Below, in pieces: positions 28,066 to 43,046 of a stretch of DNA of 64,000 nucleotides; the first letter of the stretch is position 1, and every line of letters starts with the position of its first letter. Both the position numbers and the translations under genes were made by a program. The stretch covers positions 112,840,001 to 112,904,000 of the forward strand of contig OZ024740.1 in the NCBI GenBank assembly GCA_964016885.1, written 5' to 3'. The notes beneath the pieces were generated by a model. The model was not told the origin of the DNA and did not search any database. It was given only the letters and a program-made list of their open reading frames with translations. The DNA is from Eledone cirrhosa. Its lineage: Eukaryota.

Positions 28066-28740
28066 AAATATATGGAGAATAGAAATGGCTGTGTAGTTGC
28101 TATGGGAATACGAAGAAAGCAAGAACAGAGGGGGGGGGGGAGTTTTCCTCATCAGTTGTCTACTGGGGGTTTAGGATATTTCTACGCTTTAAAGACAAGA
28201 TACCACTTCACCCCAGGGCGTCAATAAGTGGATAAATTATTGGGTAAACGAAGGAAGGAGGGAAGGAAAGCAAAGGGCAAGAAAAGAGAAACAGTAACAA
28301 AACAGCAAAAAAAAAAAAATACAAACCGAAGGTAGGAAATCCAAGACCACTCGATTATAGAACTTAAGTTCGAGACCGAGTAATCGAGATAAAAAAGACA
28401 CACGTCCATGGCCGCAGTTGTAAGTGAGAAGAGAACAGCTAAACAGTCAGACGAGGGGGTGAAAGTGAGAGGGAGAAAGGGAGAGAAAGAAAATACGGTA
28501 AGAGTATATAGGGAGAAAGGGAGGGAAGAAAGAGGAGTGAGAGTAGAAAGTGGCGAAATAGGTAGGTAGAAGAGGGAGAGAAGAATGGTCACAGCGAAAA
28601 ACATGACGAAATATATGGAGAATAGAAATGGCTGTGAAGTTGCTATTTAAGATAACTTAAAATGCAGTGGGAATACGAAGAAAGCAAGAACAGGGGGGGG
28701 GGAGTTTTCCTCATCAGTTGGCTACTGAGGGTCTAGGATA
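28066..28740. repeat. Element with ~115-130 bp direct terminal repeats in (TA)n, PLE-like
   Basis: gaaatatatggagaatagaaatggctgtg...gagttttcctcatcagttg at 28066 and 28608; interior resembles 17755-17950 and 57105-57320. Confidence 0.55.
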
Positions 28741-28788
28741 TATATATATGTGTGTATGTATATATATGTATGTATATATATATATATG

Positions 28789-28820
<32 letters not shown>

Positions 28821-28847
28821 TTATATCATATTATATATATATATATA

Positions 28848-29000
28848 TGTACCAAAGGGGCACAAAGAATTGTTCTTTGTATACCACTGAAAAATTTAGG
28901 ATTTTACAAAACTTGAAAGCCACTTCAACTTGCCTGAACTCCAAGACCGAGATCTTCAGATGTTGTCATCGCCTGAAATCACATCTGATCTGTAACTGGA
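28848..29000 (+). mobile_element. Penelope-like ORF C-terminal fragment
   Basis: YQRGTKNCSLYTTEKFRIL...LNSKTEIFRCCH resembles the C.LC..EK..I...LN.R.E....CRH tail of PLE GIY-YIG domains. Confidence 0.5.
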
Positions 29001-29267
29001 TTGACATTCCTACGATAACTCAACCACCTTGAACTTTTTCTCAGCTCTCTACGCCTTACATCCAGTACGGTTTTTTTTACCTTCTGGATTCACTTTCTGT
29101 ACTCTTATATTCTTTTTCTCCCTTATCTCCCCTTATATTTAAACCTTTTCCTATGTCATTTATTTTCCTTATTTTCCCCTCTACTTTCTACCTTACCCTT
29201 CACATACCCACCTTTTTTTATATTTAGATATTTATTTCTGTGTTTGTATGTGTGTGTGTTGCGCATA

Positions 29268-29343
<76 letters not shown>

Positions 29344-29487
29344 GATATGTGTGTGTATGTACGTTTATATATCTGTATGTATATGTATGTGTGTATATAA
29401 TTGTATTTTATATGCTTCTGTTGTATTTGTGTGTGTATATATATACGTATATGTATGTGTATGTATATGTGTGTGTATTTGTATGGT

Positions 29488-29520
<33 letters not shown>

Positions 29521-29758
29521 GTATATGTATGTGTGTATGTATATGCATAATTATATACAGTGATTTAATGCTTATTTTCATTGATCATTTGCTCCAGGAA
29601 ATTGTTGAGTGCTCTAAATCAGCTATAAACATTTATACCCTTTTCTAATTATTTATTTATTTATTATTTGTCGTATTCCCAACTTTTTATTTTTATATAT
29701 ATATAATATTTATGTATTTTCTTATATATATATATATATATGTGTGTGTATGTATGTG

Positions 29759-29871
<113 letters not shown>

Positions 29872-30076
29872 ATATAATATATGATCAGAGAGAAGTGGAG
29901 GATGAAAAGGAGGTAGAGATTTCCTGTATTCTATGTCAGCCAATATGACAGGCAATGAGATATTTCAGCAAATAATACAATATTAATAGGCAATACTCGT
30001 TATTGTAGACCAGTAAATTTACAGAGGAGGAAGATATATATATATCTGTGTGTTTCATATATGTATATATAATATA

Positions 30077-30125
<49 letters not shown>

Positions 30126-30130
30126 TATGT

Positions 30131-30300
<170 letters not shown>

Positions 30301-31092
30301 GCACAGACAGTCATATTCACTTAGTTAAAAAGTTATATATATATGTCTGTTAGACACGCAGTGACTAACAACAGAATGTTTTAAGTCTGCGTGTCTGACA
30401 GATATGCGTAGCTTGTGAATAAGGGGTGTCGCTGGCCTTGGTGATGATCGCTGCCAAACATATTTTGTAATGTATCGTCTTATTGGCTAATTTCATCGTC
30501 TTATTGGCTAATCAACCAACGAGAGTAATTGTTGCTCAAAAGCATTCGCCCTTTTGTTTGCACGTTTATTTATCGTTTCGCTTTCGAATTTTCCTCCTGT
30601 ATTTTGTCGTTTAATATCAAAATATTTTTCTTGTTTTGGTAAGTTATATTGTTAATTTATATATGATTTATTAAATTTATATTAACTATTTTTTTTCAGT
30701 TCGTTATAACATGCTTATAATATTGGTTGTATCATATTTACTTGTATATTTGTTAATATTATTGTTCGTTTTATGTTAGATTATTTTATTATTATTAGGT
30801 TAGATTATTTTGTTATTATCATGTTAGACTATTTGTTTGTAATATTTAATTTTTATTAATTCAACTATAACAATTATTATGTAAAATATATTTATTTAAT
30901 ATTGATTGTTTTTTGTAGTTGTTTATATTAAAAGTCTGAAAATATTTTTATACATCTTACAATAATATTTATAAGATCATTTATAAAATAACAATTATAT
31001 AATCTACTTACATTACAACGATAATTTATTATTAATATATATAATATGTTTAACTAGAGTTATTAAAAGCGTTGCCTTAAAAAAATAATTAA

Positions 31093-31511
31093 ACTAGACC
31101 TGCAAAATTCGCAAGCTCAAAAGAGCCACACAATGTTATAATACACCTTCAAAAGTGTGGGACTAGAGTTGTTGCTCAAACATATTGTAATCATTATCTA
31201 TCGCACACTCTGTGGCATCCTTTTATTAAAAAAGAGACTCATAACGTGAATTTAAAAATATAGAATTCAGTTTAAGTGCATTTCGTATTAATCATTACTC
31301 AACATCTAATATGAGATATTGAACATTAGCTTAAATAATTATCGTGCCGTCTTGAGTTCGTTATAAGTCTCTTTTTTATAAAAGGATGCCACAGAGTGTA
31401 CGATAGATAATGATTACAATATTTTTGAGCAACAACTCTAATCCCACACTTTTGAAGGTTTATTATAACATTCTGTTGCTCTTTTGAGCTTGCGCATTTT
31501 TCAGGTCTAGT
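31093..31511. mobile_element. MITE-like element with ~155-bp imperfect terminal inverted repeats
   Basis: actagacctg...cataacg (31093-31247) versus cgttata...caggtctagt (31359-31511). Confidence 0.7.
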
Positions 31512-32583
31512 ATATATATATAAGCATACCAACACACACACACATCGACATGCGTGTGTGTAAAAACATATATGTATGTATATATATTCTTATCTCTGCA
31601 TGTATGTTTTCTTTTTCTATGTATGTATACTGTCGTTAACTTACCTATCCCATGATTTACATTACTTTCAGGCCTGCTTATTTACGGTTGTGTACTTTCT
31701 ACGTATACACACGCATTGATATATACAGAAAAACTAATATACACAAAAACTCAAACACATCTATTTCTGTACAGCGCCAAAATTTGCATTCACACACCAA
31801 CACATAGAAAAAACTACACATTAGAAACACACACACATAGGCAGACGCATGCAAATACACTCTTACACGAAAATAGATATAAACACGTATTGGTCTGTAC
31901 TTGTAAGTGGAAATCTGGTCTATTTCGCCATCTATCATTGATAAACGTAGAACGGAAAAAATGTAGAACAATGGAAAGTCTTTGATTTCAGCATCTGCTC
32001 TGAATACACATCCTTACTGACACACTCACACATACGCACACACACACACGCACACACACAGACAATTATATCTATAATATTATAAAGCTGAGAGTCGTGT
32101 GTATGTATTATGTATGTATCCTATACACCTCCCTATAGTTTCTTAGCTTTACTCTCTCCGTCGCTCTTCCCTCTCTCTATAATAGATCATCCCCCCTCCT
32201 CTATAATATAACTGCTTTACTCTCTCTGTCGCTCTTTACTCTCAAATATTATAAAGCTGAGCGTTGTCTCTCTATTTCTCGCCCTCTCTCTCTCCCTCTT
32301 TCACTGTCTCTATAATTTAACTGCTTTACTCTCTGTCTCTCTTCACTCTCTATATGACAACACTCTTTTACCTTCCGTATCTACCTTCAATATATCAACA
32401 TAGAGATGAGCGTCGTATGTATGTTTATTTCAAAAGGATAACCTCCTTCAAATTCTGTCAACTCACAAGGAGGTAATACATACATCAAAGGCAACCCTCT
32501 TATAGACACAGAGAGTGAAAGAGACAGATTAGGAAAACTACACACACACACACATCTAAAGAGAGAGAGAGAGAGTAGAGAGG

Positions 32584-32672
<89 letters not shown>

Positions 32673-32772
32673 AGAAACAGAGGGACGGGCAAGAAGGTAA
32701 TACATACATCTAGACTCATTAGGGTACAAATATCATAATATAATGTTTGCAGAACGAAAATACAGATATAAT

Positions 32773-32957
32773 AATTGTTTCTACTTTAGGCACAAGGCCA
32801 GCAATTACCCATTACATTACTGGTACTTTATTTTATCGACCCAGTAAGGATGAAAGGCAAAGTCCACCCCGGCGGGATTTGAACTCAGATCGTAAAAGAA
32901 CGTAACTATGATGGAAAGCATGGCGTGCGACCCTCTACCGATACTGCCAATCCACCA
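32773..32957 (-). mobile_element. tRNA-derived SINE (Meta-domain-like core)
   Basis: Same family as 5128 and 60045. Confidence 0.8.
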
Positions 32958-33135
32958 TCCACAGACAGATATAATAATGTATGTATCCCACACACTTCTT
33001 CAGTCGTCGCTCGCATAAGTAACCCCCCCCCCCCACACACACACATACTTTCACACCTGATTTCGCCAATTGCCGGATAACACCAAAACAAAACACGCAG
33101 ACACACACATGCACATACACACATACACACATACA

Positions 33136-33220
<85 letters not shown>

Positions 33221-33250
33221 CTATACTTTATATATATATATGTATGTATG

Positions 33251-35090
33251 CAACTTTACCGGTCCTTCCGTCCAGCGTCCGACGACGCCATCAGAAGGCA
33301 TCGGTTTGCCTCTCCACGTTCCGAGTTGAAAACCGACGGATTTGTCCCGGTTCAGCTTCGCTCCTGTGAACCTTTCGTATTCCTTAAGTAAGGTGCCCCC
33401 CCCCCCCCCCCGATTTGCGAGGTGCTCGACACCATCACTGTTACGTCGTCGGCGTATGCCGACGCCGCTTTTAGCAGTCCCGGTTCCAAAGGGATGCCCT
33501 GCAATAGCTCCAACTTCTGCAGTAGTGGCTCGAGAGTCAGTACGTACAGAAGGGAGGAGAGAGGGCATCTCTGTCGGATGGATCGCGTGATATGGGACGG
33601 CTCCGAGAGGTAGCCGTTCACCTTGACCCTTGAGCAGATGTTGCTGCTGTGCATTGCAACAATCCAGCCCCTGAACACGGTTCCGAAGCCTGCCGCCTTG
33701 AGCACCGCATCCAGGTAACGATGGTCAACCCTATCGAAAACCTTAGACTGATCCAAGTTGATCAGGGCCCTACCGAAGCCGGGTTTACACCCTACCGTCT
33801 CTATGATGGATCGCATGAGGTGGAGGTTGTCGTGGTCGGGATTGCGCATGTCTGCGCTTCCCCCACTAGGTTTTCGACGACAAGCTCCAGCCTCTTTGCC
33901 AACACCTTGGCCAAAATCTGTAACTCTGTGTTTAGCAGAGTTATGAGCCGGAAGTTGCCTATGTCATCCCCCTTATTCTCGTCCTTCCTGACTAGCGTGA
34001 CTACGCCCTTGGTCACAGAACTGGGAATTCTCCCGTTCTGGTGCCTGTTGCAGTAGACTGCTCCCAAGAGACCGGAGAACAAGTCTGACATCGCTACGTA
34101 AAATTCGTAGGGTAGACCGTCGAGACCTGGAGATTTGCGTTTGCCGCATTGGCTCAGCGCGTCTCTCATCTCAGCGGCCGAAATCGGGCTTTCGCAAAAC
34201 TTCGCTTCGCTGTACGAGAGTCGCGGTAGGCCGTCGTGGTATGGACCGAAATCCATAGCCGCTCTCGACGCCCTGCCCGAACAGTTGAGCAAAGTGCCTC
34301 TGAAAGGCCGCGCACATTTGCTTCGGATCACGTTCACGCGTCCGTCTTGGTCCTTCAAAGACCGAATCGTGGACTTGTTGCCGCTTTTCGCCTCCGTCAC
34401 TCAGCCCCAGCTAACAGCTTTGGTTCCCTCGTTTCCCAGAGCATGTATTTTGCTCCTGACAACGTAGCCTTGATGCTTTGCATCGAACAACTGGTCCAAG
34501 GCCGTTCTTTCGCTAGCACGCTGGCAACGTTGCCAATCCTAAGTGTCTCTTCTACTTTATCTATCAGTTCCTTTTCGGTCTTATTTCTATCTAACACTAA
34601 TTATTTACTAAAACCTATCGAGTCTAACCTAACTGCCCTCTTGAGAGAGTACCCCCTTCTGTTGTTGACAATGGCCCCCGTCAAGTGTTGTTTAACTAAA
34701 GTGCTAATCCATCTACTGTAGGCTTTGCATGTCGGTAACGACAAGTTCAGCTTCCAGTAGCCGGCTCCCTGTCTATGGTTTCTGTCAACGTTAACTATGC
34801 AGGTCACTAGTTTGTGATCTGAATAGGCAACCATGGACATTTGTGGACAGCTTAACATGTCCCTATCACTAACTCTAAAACTAAAAACCTATCTAGGTAC
34901 GATCTAGATGTTCCGCTGTGGTTGGTCCACGTCCACAGTGGCACAGTCAGAAAATCTTGTCGATATCTATCGGCCAGTTGAAATCGGCCGATTAACTGTT
35001 TTAGGATGTTACACTCCCCTCTATCGGGACATGCTCCTACATAGTCCCAACGTGCATCTAAGATTCCATTCCAGTCCCCCACTAACAGCA
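33251..35090 (-). mobile_element. Tx1/L1-clade LINE fragment (end of APE endonuclease through RT), frameshifted
   Basis: VGDWNGILD, YSDHKLV, KSPGLDGLPYEFY, LDQSKVFDRV, AYADD; (GATA)n at its 5' junction 35096-35184. Confidence 0.92.
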
Positions 35091-35185
35091 ATTACAGATA
35101 GAAAGATAGATAGATAGATTGGCAGACAGATAGATAGATAGATGGATAGATAGAAAGATAGATAATTAGATAGATAGATAGATAT

Positions 35186-38100
35186 CTTTATTTGCCACAA
35201 GGGCGCATAAGAAAAGGGGACAATACAAAGACATGCCGAGTATTTTACATACAGTCGTGTAAAAAAATATAAAACAAACAATTACAACAATCGAAATCTC
35301 CAATAGGGAGGGGGTGTGTGTGTGTGTGCTACGAATGGGTTGTTTAATACCCCGTAGATAGAACAACCGTCAACTCCAGGAGCGTGTTGTGCAAGTGCTA
35401 CTTTCTTCCTTTTGCTCTCTTCTTTAACCTAGAGGCTTATAAACAGAGAAGGCCCAATAACTCGGGCCATTTTCGCTTCATTCACCCACCTTTCAGTAAA
35501 TTTACTGGGGTGCAGTTCCTCTCTCTCCACTTTGATTCTTCTTCTAAAGAAGGGAATCAATTGTTGTCCGGAGAGAAAGACATCTATCCTCAGTCCTCTT
35601 AATCTCATCCACCATATAACTTCTTTCACAATACCCACTGGACAGAGGAAAATCGCCGCTCTTTCGTTTCTGAAAGAGGCTGGCGGTTTGATCCTTACTA
35701 TGGAGTCGGCATTCAAATGGATTTGTCCCATACGCGACAGCAGTTGTTCTGCATAGTTCCACAGGACGCTTACGCCCGGGCAGTGTACAATTGCGTGCAG
35801 GACGGTTTCAATGCCCTGCGCGCATCTTGGACACGTCCTCTTGGAAGGATCCCTGCCGGGGCGTCCGTGCCTGTAGACTTTGTCACGAACAGCTGGAGCT
35901 CCTCGGTAGCATTGCCAGGCCAGGGACCTCTGGAAGTTGTCATAGGTCCCGGGCGGAAAGTCCTACCAAACAGAATGGTGAGCTCATCGTCTTCGATGCC
36001 CATTGTCTCTCCGAGCACGTCGTCGCCCTTGTAACGTACAATCCCTCTATAGAATGTCGAAGTGGAGTCTCCACTGATTGCTGTGCCCGCTTTCCAGAGG
36101 ATTGTGAGCGCCTGAGCGCATTCAATATGCCAGGCGCCCATAGTTTTCGGTCTTTTCTTGACCCAGGACTGCAGCTCCGTCAGCGAGACGAGCTGCGGGA
36201 AAGCCTGTCTCACAAACGGTGCCCACATCGGTTGGGGTTCGGTGAGGAATAACTGGAGATGCTGCAGCCTCAGCGCATGTTTGCGCATCATCAGCCACGG
36301 CATTTCCAGCCCTTCGTTGGAAGGGTGCTGACAGCAGACGGATCTCCTCACCAGCGGATCCTGCTTCTTCCACAGAAACTGGAAGAGCATGCAGTCCACC
36401 TTGGCGAGGTGTTCACGGGGACAAGGCACGACAGTCAAGCGGTAGTAGATGACGGACGCTATGAAAGTGTTCACCACCTCCGCTCAACCTTTCAAGGACA
36501 GTTTACACTCTGCCCACTTCTGGGTGAGCGCAAAAACCTTGGCAAAAACCTCGTCGCTAGCACCTTCGCCAAAATCTTTAACTCTGTGTTGAGCAGAGTT
36601 ATGGGCCTGAAGTTGTCAATTTCGTCTCTCTTGTTCTCGTCTTTCCTGATCAGCGTTACTACGCCCTTGCCTGCAGAACTGGGAATTCTTCCGTTCTGCT
36701 ACCAATTGCAGTAGACGGCGTCGAGGACGCCAGAGAACAAGTCCGGCATGCCTATGTAAAACTCATAGGGTAGACCATTTAGACTGGGGGACTTGCGTTT
36801 CCCGCAGCGGCCCAGAACGTCCCGTATCTCAGTGTCCGTGATCGGTCTTTCGCAGAACTCGGCGTCCGTGTTCGAGAGACGCGGAAGGCCGTCGAGGTAT
36901 GAACTAAAGTCCATTGCCGCGTTCGGCTCACCGTCGTTCTGTTCAAACAGTCGCGCAAAGTGCTGCTGAAAGGCCGCGCACATTTGCTTTGGGTCAAGTA
37001 GCACGCGTCCGTTTTGGTCTTTCAAAGACCGAATCGTGGACTTGTTGCCAATTTTTGCTCCCGCCACTCGGGCCCAGCTGACAGCTTTCGCTCCTTCGTT
37101 TTCTAGAGAACATGTTTTGCTTCTGACTACGCAGCCTTCGTGTTTCGCATCGAAGAACTGGTCCAGTGCCGTTCTCGACGCTAACACTGTAGCCGGGTTG
37201 CCACTTCTAAGTGCCTCCTCTACCTTGGCTACTAGTTCTCTTTCTATTTTGTTTTTCTCTAAGGCTAACTCTCTGCTAAACCCTATCGATCCTACTCTAA
37301 TTGCTTTCTTGAGAGAGTACCACCATCTATTGTTGACGATGGCTCCCCTTAACTGTTGCTTGATTAGTCTACTTATCCGTTCACTGTAAGCTTTACGTGC
37401 CGGCAACGATACGTTCAGCTTCCAGTATCCGGGTCCCTGTCAATGAGTTCTGTCACGGTTGACTATGCAGACGACTAATTTGTGATCTGAATAGGCAACC
37501 ATGTGCATTTGTGGACAGCTTAACATCTCCTTGTCCCTTTCTCTAATGAAGAACCTATCTAAATACGATCTAGATGTCCCGCTGCGGTTTGCCCACGTCC
37601 ACTGTGGTGCAGTCGGGAAATCCAGTTGATACCTATCGGACAGTTGGAATTGGCCGATTAAAGTTTTGAGGTTGTTGCACCCCCCTCTACTGGGACATGC
37701 TCCCACATAGTCCCATCGTGCATCTAGGATACCATTCCAGTCCCCCACTAAAAGTAAGGAGCGAGACGTTCCCTGAAAAGGCTCTAGACGCTTAAAGAAG
37801 TCTGGCCGTGATTGCGAATGCCCGGTCGGGCATAAACGGCCACCAGTCTGAAGGCTCCACCTCCAATACTGTTCACGCCTAGGACTACCAGTCTACTCTC
37901 CGGGTCCAAGTATACTTACTGTTATTCGACGTCCAGGTTCTTCCGAAACATGACAGCCACTCCCCCTCCACCTCCTGGCTGACAGAGAGATGCGTAGATC
38001 TCAAAGTCGTCGAAGGTGGGGGTTAGTTGCTGCCTGTTGTGGATCCTGGACTCGGTGATGGCTATCACATCCATAACGTGTGACCTAAGCTCGTTTAAAA

Positions 38101-40283
38101 GTTGGCCCTGTTTCTAGGGCATCCCTAGGCCACACACATTCACGCTTCCAACTCGTAAACTAGCCATGTTGGTGAAGAAAAGTTGGCGAAAAGGACGAAA
38201 AGGTGCACTTACCTTTTCGTTTCCTGGAGATCGGGTTGTTCAATCTCCATTTCAGTTCTGGTGGGGGTGTTGGGTGGCGTGGGAAACATTTTAATAAGAC
38301 GCGGTTAATAGGTTTTTGACAGGGGTTGCCAACATCCTGCGAAAATTGTTTTTTTCAATTTCTGATAGGTTTCTATCGAAACCCTTATTAGTTTTAGGTG
38401 TGGAGACGATTCTGCTTTGACGAAGATTTTGCCCTCCGTCTCCACCTTGGGGTTTTGGAAGATGACCTCCATCAAACTCTTGTTGTTTGTGTTTATGTAT
38501 GCGTATTGTTGTTTGTGTTTTTGTTGTGTTGCTTTAGTTTGTTGTTCGTCCGGGAGTTTTCTTTTTATGGTGGGTGCTTGTGTTTGGGGTGGCGTTGGTG
38601 TTGGTTTTGCTGGTAGGGGGATGTTTGACTGTGGTGTTGTTTGTGTTGTTGTTTGTGTCTGTGGTTGTGTGTTGGTGTTGGTGATTGGAGTTTTGGGGGT
38701 TTTGTGGTGTCTCTTTTTTTGTTTTTTAGATTTCCGAGGCTCTCCTTCTTCTTCACTTAAAGAAGGAGAAGCAGCTTCATCTGTCGTTGAATAATTATCG
38801 TCAGGAGTGTGGGGTAGGGGTATGTTGTGTGGTGGTGGTGTTTCGGTGTGTGTGTTTGTGGTAGTGTTTGATGGAGTGGGATGGGGTGGGGCTGTGTTTT
38901 TTCTGTTGTTGTTGGTTGAGTGGCTGTTTGTTTTGGTGTGTTAGCTCGTTTCGTCTGTTGTTGTACTTGTGGTGGTTGCTTTGGTGTTGGTGTAGGTAAT
39001 AGTGTTTTTTTAATGATGTTGTTGTGGTGTGTTTGTGAAGGACAGGAGGCTTTTAGGCGTGCTGAGCTACCACAGCGAAAGCAATGAAATTTACGCCACT
39101 CTACCGAAATGTTTATTTTGTTGTTGTCGTCGACTTTTTCGGGCATTTTGGAGATTCTCTCCGGCCTCATTTGCATCAGAATCTCCAAATCAGTACCCGC
39201 CCACCTTTCTCTAATAGACTTTCGTATTGAAAGAATCATATCAGTCTCTGGTTCGCGAAGCCAGCCAAGATCCACCAGATGTTAATGTTTGGTGGTATAT
39301 TTTTTATTTTTATTTTTTGTGTCCTTTTTCCCATGTACGTAGGGAAAAAGGTGAATGCTTTTGACACCATTGGTGTCACAGAATATTTTTGAGCGAGTGC
39401 CTCGCTTTTAAACAGTACGGAAACACTTCCATACTGTTTTTCTCGTTGGAGAAAGTCAATATTTGCTAGAGTCTTCTTCAAGGTGGCTTCTATATCTCCT
39501 TGACTAACAAATATTGGCTTTCTCGTTGTGTTGGAGACAGTCCTGAAGGTCACTGTCCTTCGAACTGTCTCCTCTTTTATTTCGAGGGTTGAGTTAATTC
39601 TAAACCCACCCTTGTCTTCGAAAGTTACAAATATTCTCCCTTGCTGGAGCATATCTCGTGCATTGGCGATGTCGAGATTTATAAAATCTTGTTTTTCGTT
39701 CACTGTTTCAGCGGAAGACATTTTTTTGTGGTGTTGCTGTTATTGTTGTTATCGTTGTTAGCCTCGGTGTTGGAAATCTCAATTTCTTGACGAGGTGAAA
39801 CTTTATGTGTAGATGTATATATGGAGTTGTTGTTTTTATCTTTTTCATGTGTATGTATATTAATAGGTTTAATTCCTGTGTTTTCCTGTGTGTTATTTTT
39901 CTCCGCTTCGACGGTAGAAATTTTAAAATCTTCAAGTGTTAATATATTTTTCTCTTTGTTGACAGTCGTATCCATGACGACGTCCATAGTAGCAGAAGCA
40001 GATATAACGTAAACATCTCCCTCTCTACCTCTCTTCTCTCTGTCAACGTTCTCTAGCATTCTTTCCGAGCTATTCATGTTTTATAGTTGGCAAAATTTGA
40101 TATTTTAAAACAATTTTTAAATTAAATTTTCGCCTCTAAAGGGGCGAAAAATGGGATTACCACCCAGCTGACAATTCAGATTGGGGGTTAATCAACAAAA
40201 TAATATGTTTTTTCAAACAATTTGTTCAGTTTTTTGTATAGAAATTTACAAAAACCTTACCGGCGATGTTCCACGCGTCAGGC
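35186..40283 (-). mobile_element. Tx1/L1-clade LINE, full-length ends, RT core deleted
   Basis: ORF1 remnants 40077-~38209 (CFRC knuckle), ORF2 from 38167 (APE) to 35429; jumps from ILAKVLA to AKVFALTQKW at ~36545; (GATA)n at both ends. Confidence 0.92.
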
Positions 40284-40313
40284 AGATAGAGATATAGATA
40301 GATAGATAGATAT

Positions 40314-41150
40314 CTTTCTTTATTTGCCACAGGGTCGTACAAAAATGGTACATTACAAGACGTGACGGCGGGGCTTTTACATAAAAGTAACTTTAACATT
40401 AATAAATAACAATTGAAGTCCCCAATAGGGAGGAACGTTACTGCAGGGTTGTTTTACACGCCGTGGATAGAACAACCCCCAACAGGAGGAACTGTCTTCC
40501 CTCTGTTTATCTTCCTCAACCTACAGATTTATATACAGAGAAGGCTTATTCACCACATTCACTCACCTTTTCGCCACATTCACCCACCTTTCAGCGAATT
40601 TACTGGGGTGTAGCACCTCTCTCTCCACTCTCACCTTCCTTCTGAAGTGGTACTTAAAGAAGGGGATAAGATGTTGTCCGGAGAGAAAGGTGTTTGCCCT
40701 CAGTCCTTTTAACCTCGTCCACCATATTACCTCTTTCGCCATAGCCACAAAACAGAGGAAGACCGCCTCTCCTTCATTCTTAAATGAAGGCGGCGACGTG
40801 ATCCTCACGATGGACTCGGCTGACAACTGGATGCGTCCCACACGTGACAGCAGCTGTTCGACATAATTCCACAGGTGGGCACTGAACAATTGCGTGCAGA
40901 ACGGTTTCGATATCCTGCTCGCATCTTGGACATGTCCTTTTGGCAGGACCTCTGCCAGGGCGTCCGTGCTTGTAGATTTTGTCTCGAACTGGTAGAGCTC
41001 CTCGGTAGCACTGCCAGGCCAGAGACCTCTGGAAGTCATCCATAGGCCCTGGACGGAAAGTTCTCCTGAACAGACTAGTCAGTTCGTCCTCCTCGATGCC
41101 TAGAGTTTCCCCGAGAACGTCGTCGCACTTATCCTCCACTAATCCCCTAT
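40314..41150 (-). mobile_element. 5'-truncated Tx1/L1-clade LINE 3' end
   Basis: SLAWQCYRGALPVRD, CPRC...H...C knuckle, gtggcaaataaag 3' end; (GATA)n at both ends. Confidence 0.9.
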
Positions 41151-41168
41151 TAGATAAATAGATAGATT

Positions 41169-41209
<41 letters not shown>

Positions 41210-42086
41210 GTAAGTGGCTATATCTAACTCTAGTGGCAAAATTATGTAATTGACTTATTACGCATTCCTATCAATTATGAAGTAAAACAAACCTAAATTT
41301 CCTTAGAAACCAAATTTTTCTTGGAATATACTAAGTGCATCGTATTTAAGTCGGAGACTTACAATTGGAGACAGAGTCTCTGTAGGGGGGAAGTGGTTAA
41401 TTTGTTTGAAATGTATTACAACTACATGCCATATCAGAGATATAAAGAAACCAGGTGAAGTAGTAAGCCGTGGAATCATAGACTGACTGACTGGTTGGTT
41501 TGTGTATTGACGCGACTGTGGCACTATCAACTGATACGATAGTTTCGTGTGAACAGCGTAAAACTACACATAGAATAACAACAACATCAGCTATTCTCAT
41601 TAATAAACGATATGATGACATGAACGTTTTCATAAGCTAACATAACCGTGATGATATCTTCTTCAGCTCTGTATTCATAATTTGTCTTTCCTTGTATCAA
41701 TATTTAATCTCGCTGTGAGATCATTGAATTTGAGTGGCCGATGTCAGCGTGAACGACAAGACTTGCACTACACTTACACTAACAACCTCGCCAACATTAC
41801 AACCAACACAAAACTACAAACATGAATAACACTTAGTATTTCTCTAGCATTCTTCTGTAGTTTATTTCAGCTGCGTCGACCGACACTAGTCTAGACTTGT
41901 GGCTGCGGTGTGAGTTCAGATAGTGTGTGTGACTGAAATATGTGTAGTCTAAAATTAGACTAGATTATTACGATTGCTTACGCTAATTCAAAACGTACTT
42001 AGATTGCTTTTTAGGTAAAGAAACTATAGAATAGAGTAAACTAGTGCAATAGCGGAACATTGATGTATATGTATATATATATATAT

Positions 42087-42273
42087 AATGTAGAAATGGC
42101 TTCTACAGGACTAGAACTGTTTCATTCAGGAGATATCATCGATAAGCCCTCGTGATTTCTCCTGAATGAAACAGTTCTAGTCCTGTAGAAGCCATTTCTA
42201 TATTAAATATTTATACTCTGCTATACATTGAGTAGCTTACTTACTGTGGCTACCCCCAATTGAACCCGGGATA

Positions 42274-42276
<3 letters not shown>
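42087..42276. mobile_element. PLE fold-back remnant (arms ~42087-42138 and 42153-42204 plus tail)
   Basis: Each arm has the hammerhead 3' half GAAA-CAG(uucuaguc)CUG-UA; flanked by (TA)n. Confidence 0.65.
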
Positions 42277-42308
<32 letters not shown>

Positions 42309-42310
42309 AT

Positions 42311-42407
<97 letters not shown>

Positions 42408-42978
42408 TGTGTGTGTGTGGTGTGTGTGTGTGTGTTTATACTGCCTGCTTTCATTGTAAGCTTTTGGTATAACGATCGAAAAACGCTGCCATTCGTCAAC
42501 AGGTATTTTGTTCTCAGCCGGCGAGGGATTCCTAGCAGTAGTAGTTTTGGAGTTATTACCCCACGTGTTTACCCTGCGAGGGAGGTAACCCCGGTTTTGG
42601 CGGATGGATTCAGTATGTGTAAAATTATTGCAAGAATTGCAAAAAACTGCACAAATGGAATTAAGCTGTCGACGGGTTGTTTTTAAATAAACTTAACCAA
42701 TTAATTAGTTAATAGAATTGTCTAATAGAATCAACTAATTAATTGCTAGGCCCGGGAGATTAATACAAATATAGTTTCAGCGAGATCGTATTTCAGCTGT
42801 GGTCAAAATCAAAGCGAAACGCAATTTTCGAGATATAAGGCAGGCGCTCAATGGACTCAGAGAAGACCAGAGCAATTAACATACGTTATAAAGGCCAAAT
42901 AAACTGAAAACAGCGGTCAAGAAGCTATCAGCTACCGGAATAAAAAAAAACCAAGCAAGCGAAACAGGTTAAACAAAA

Positions 42979-43046
<68 letters not shown>

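Noticed and set aside
32071-32300. Helitron-like 5' end tctataatattataaagctg
   Set aside because: No matching 3' hairpin/CTAG end found; too incomplete to call.
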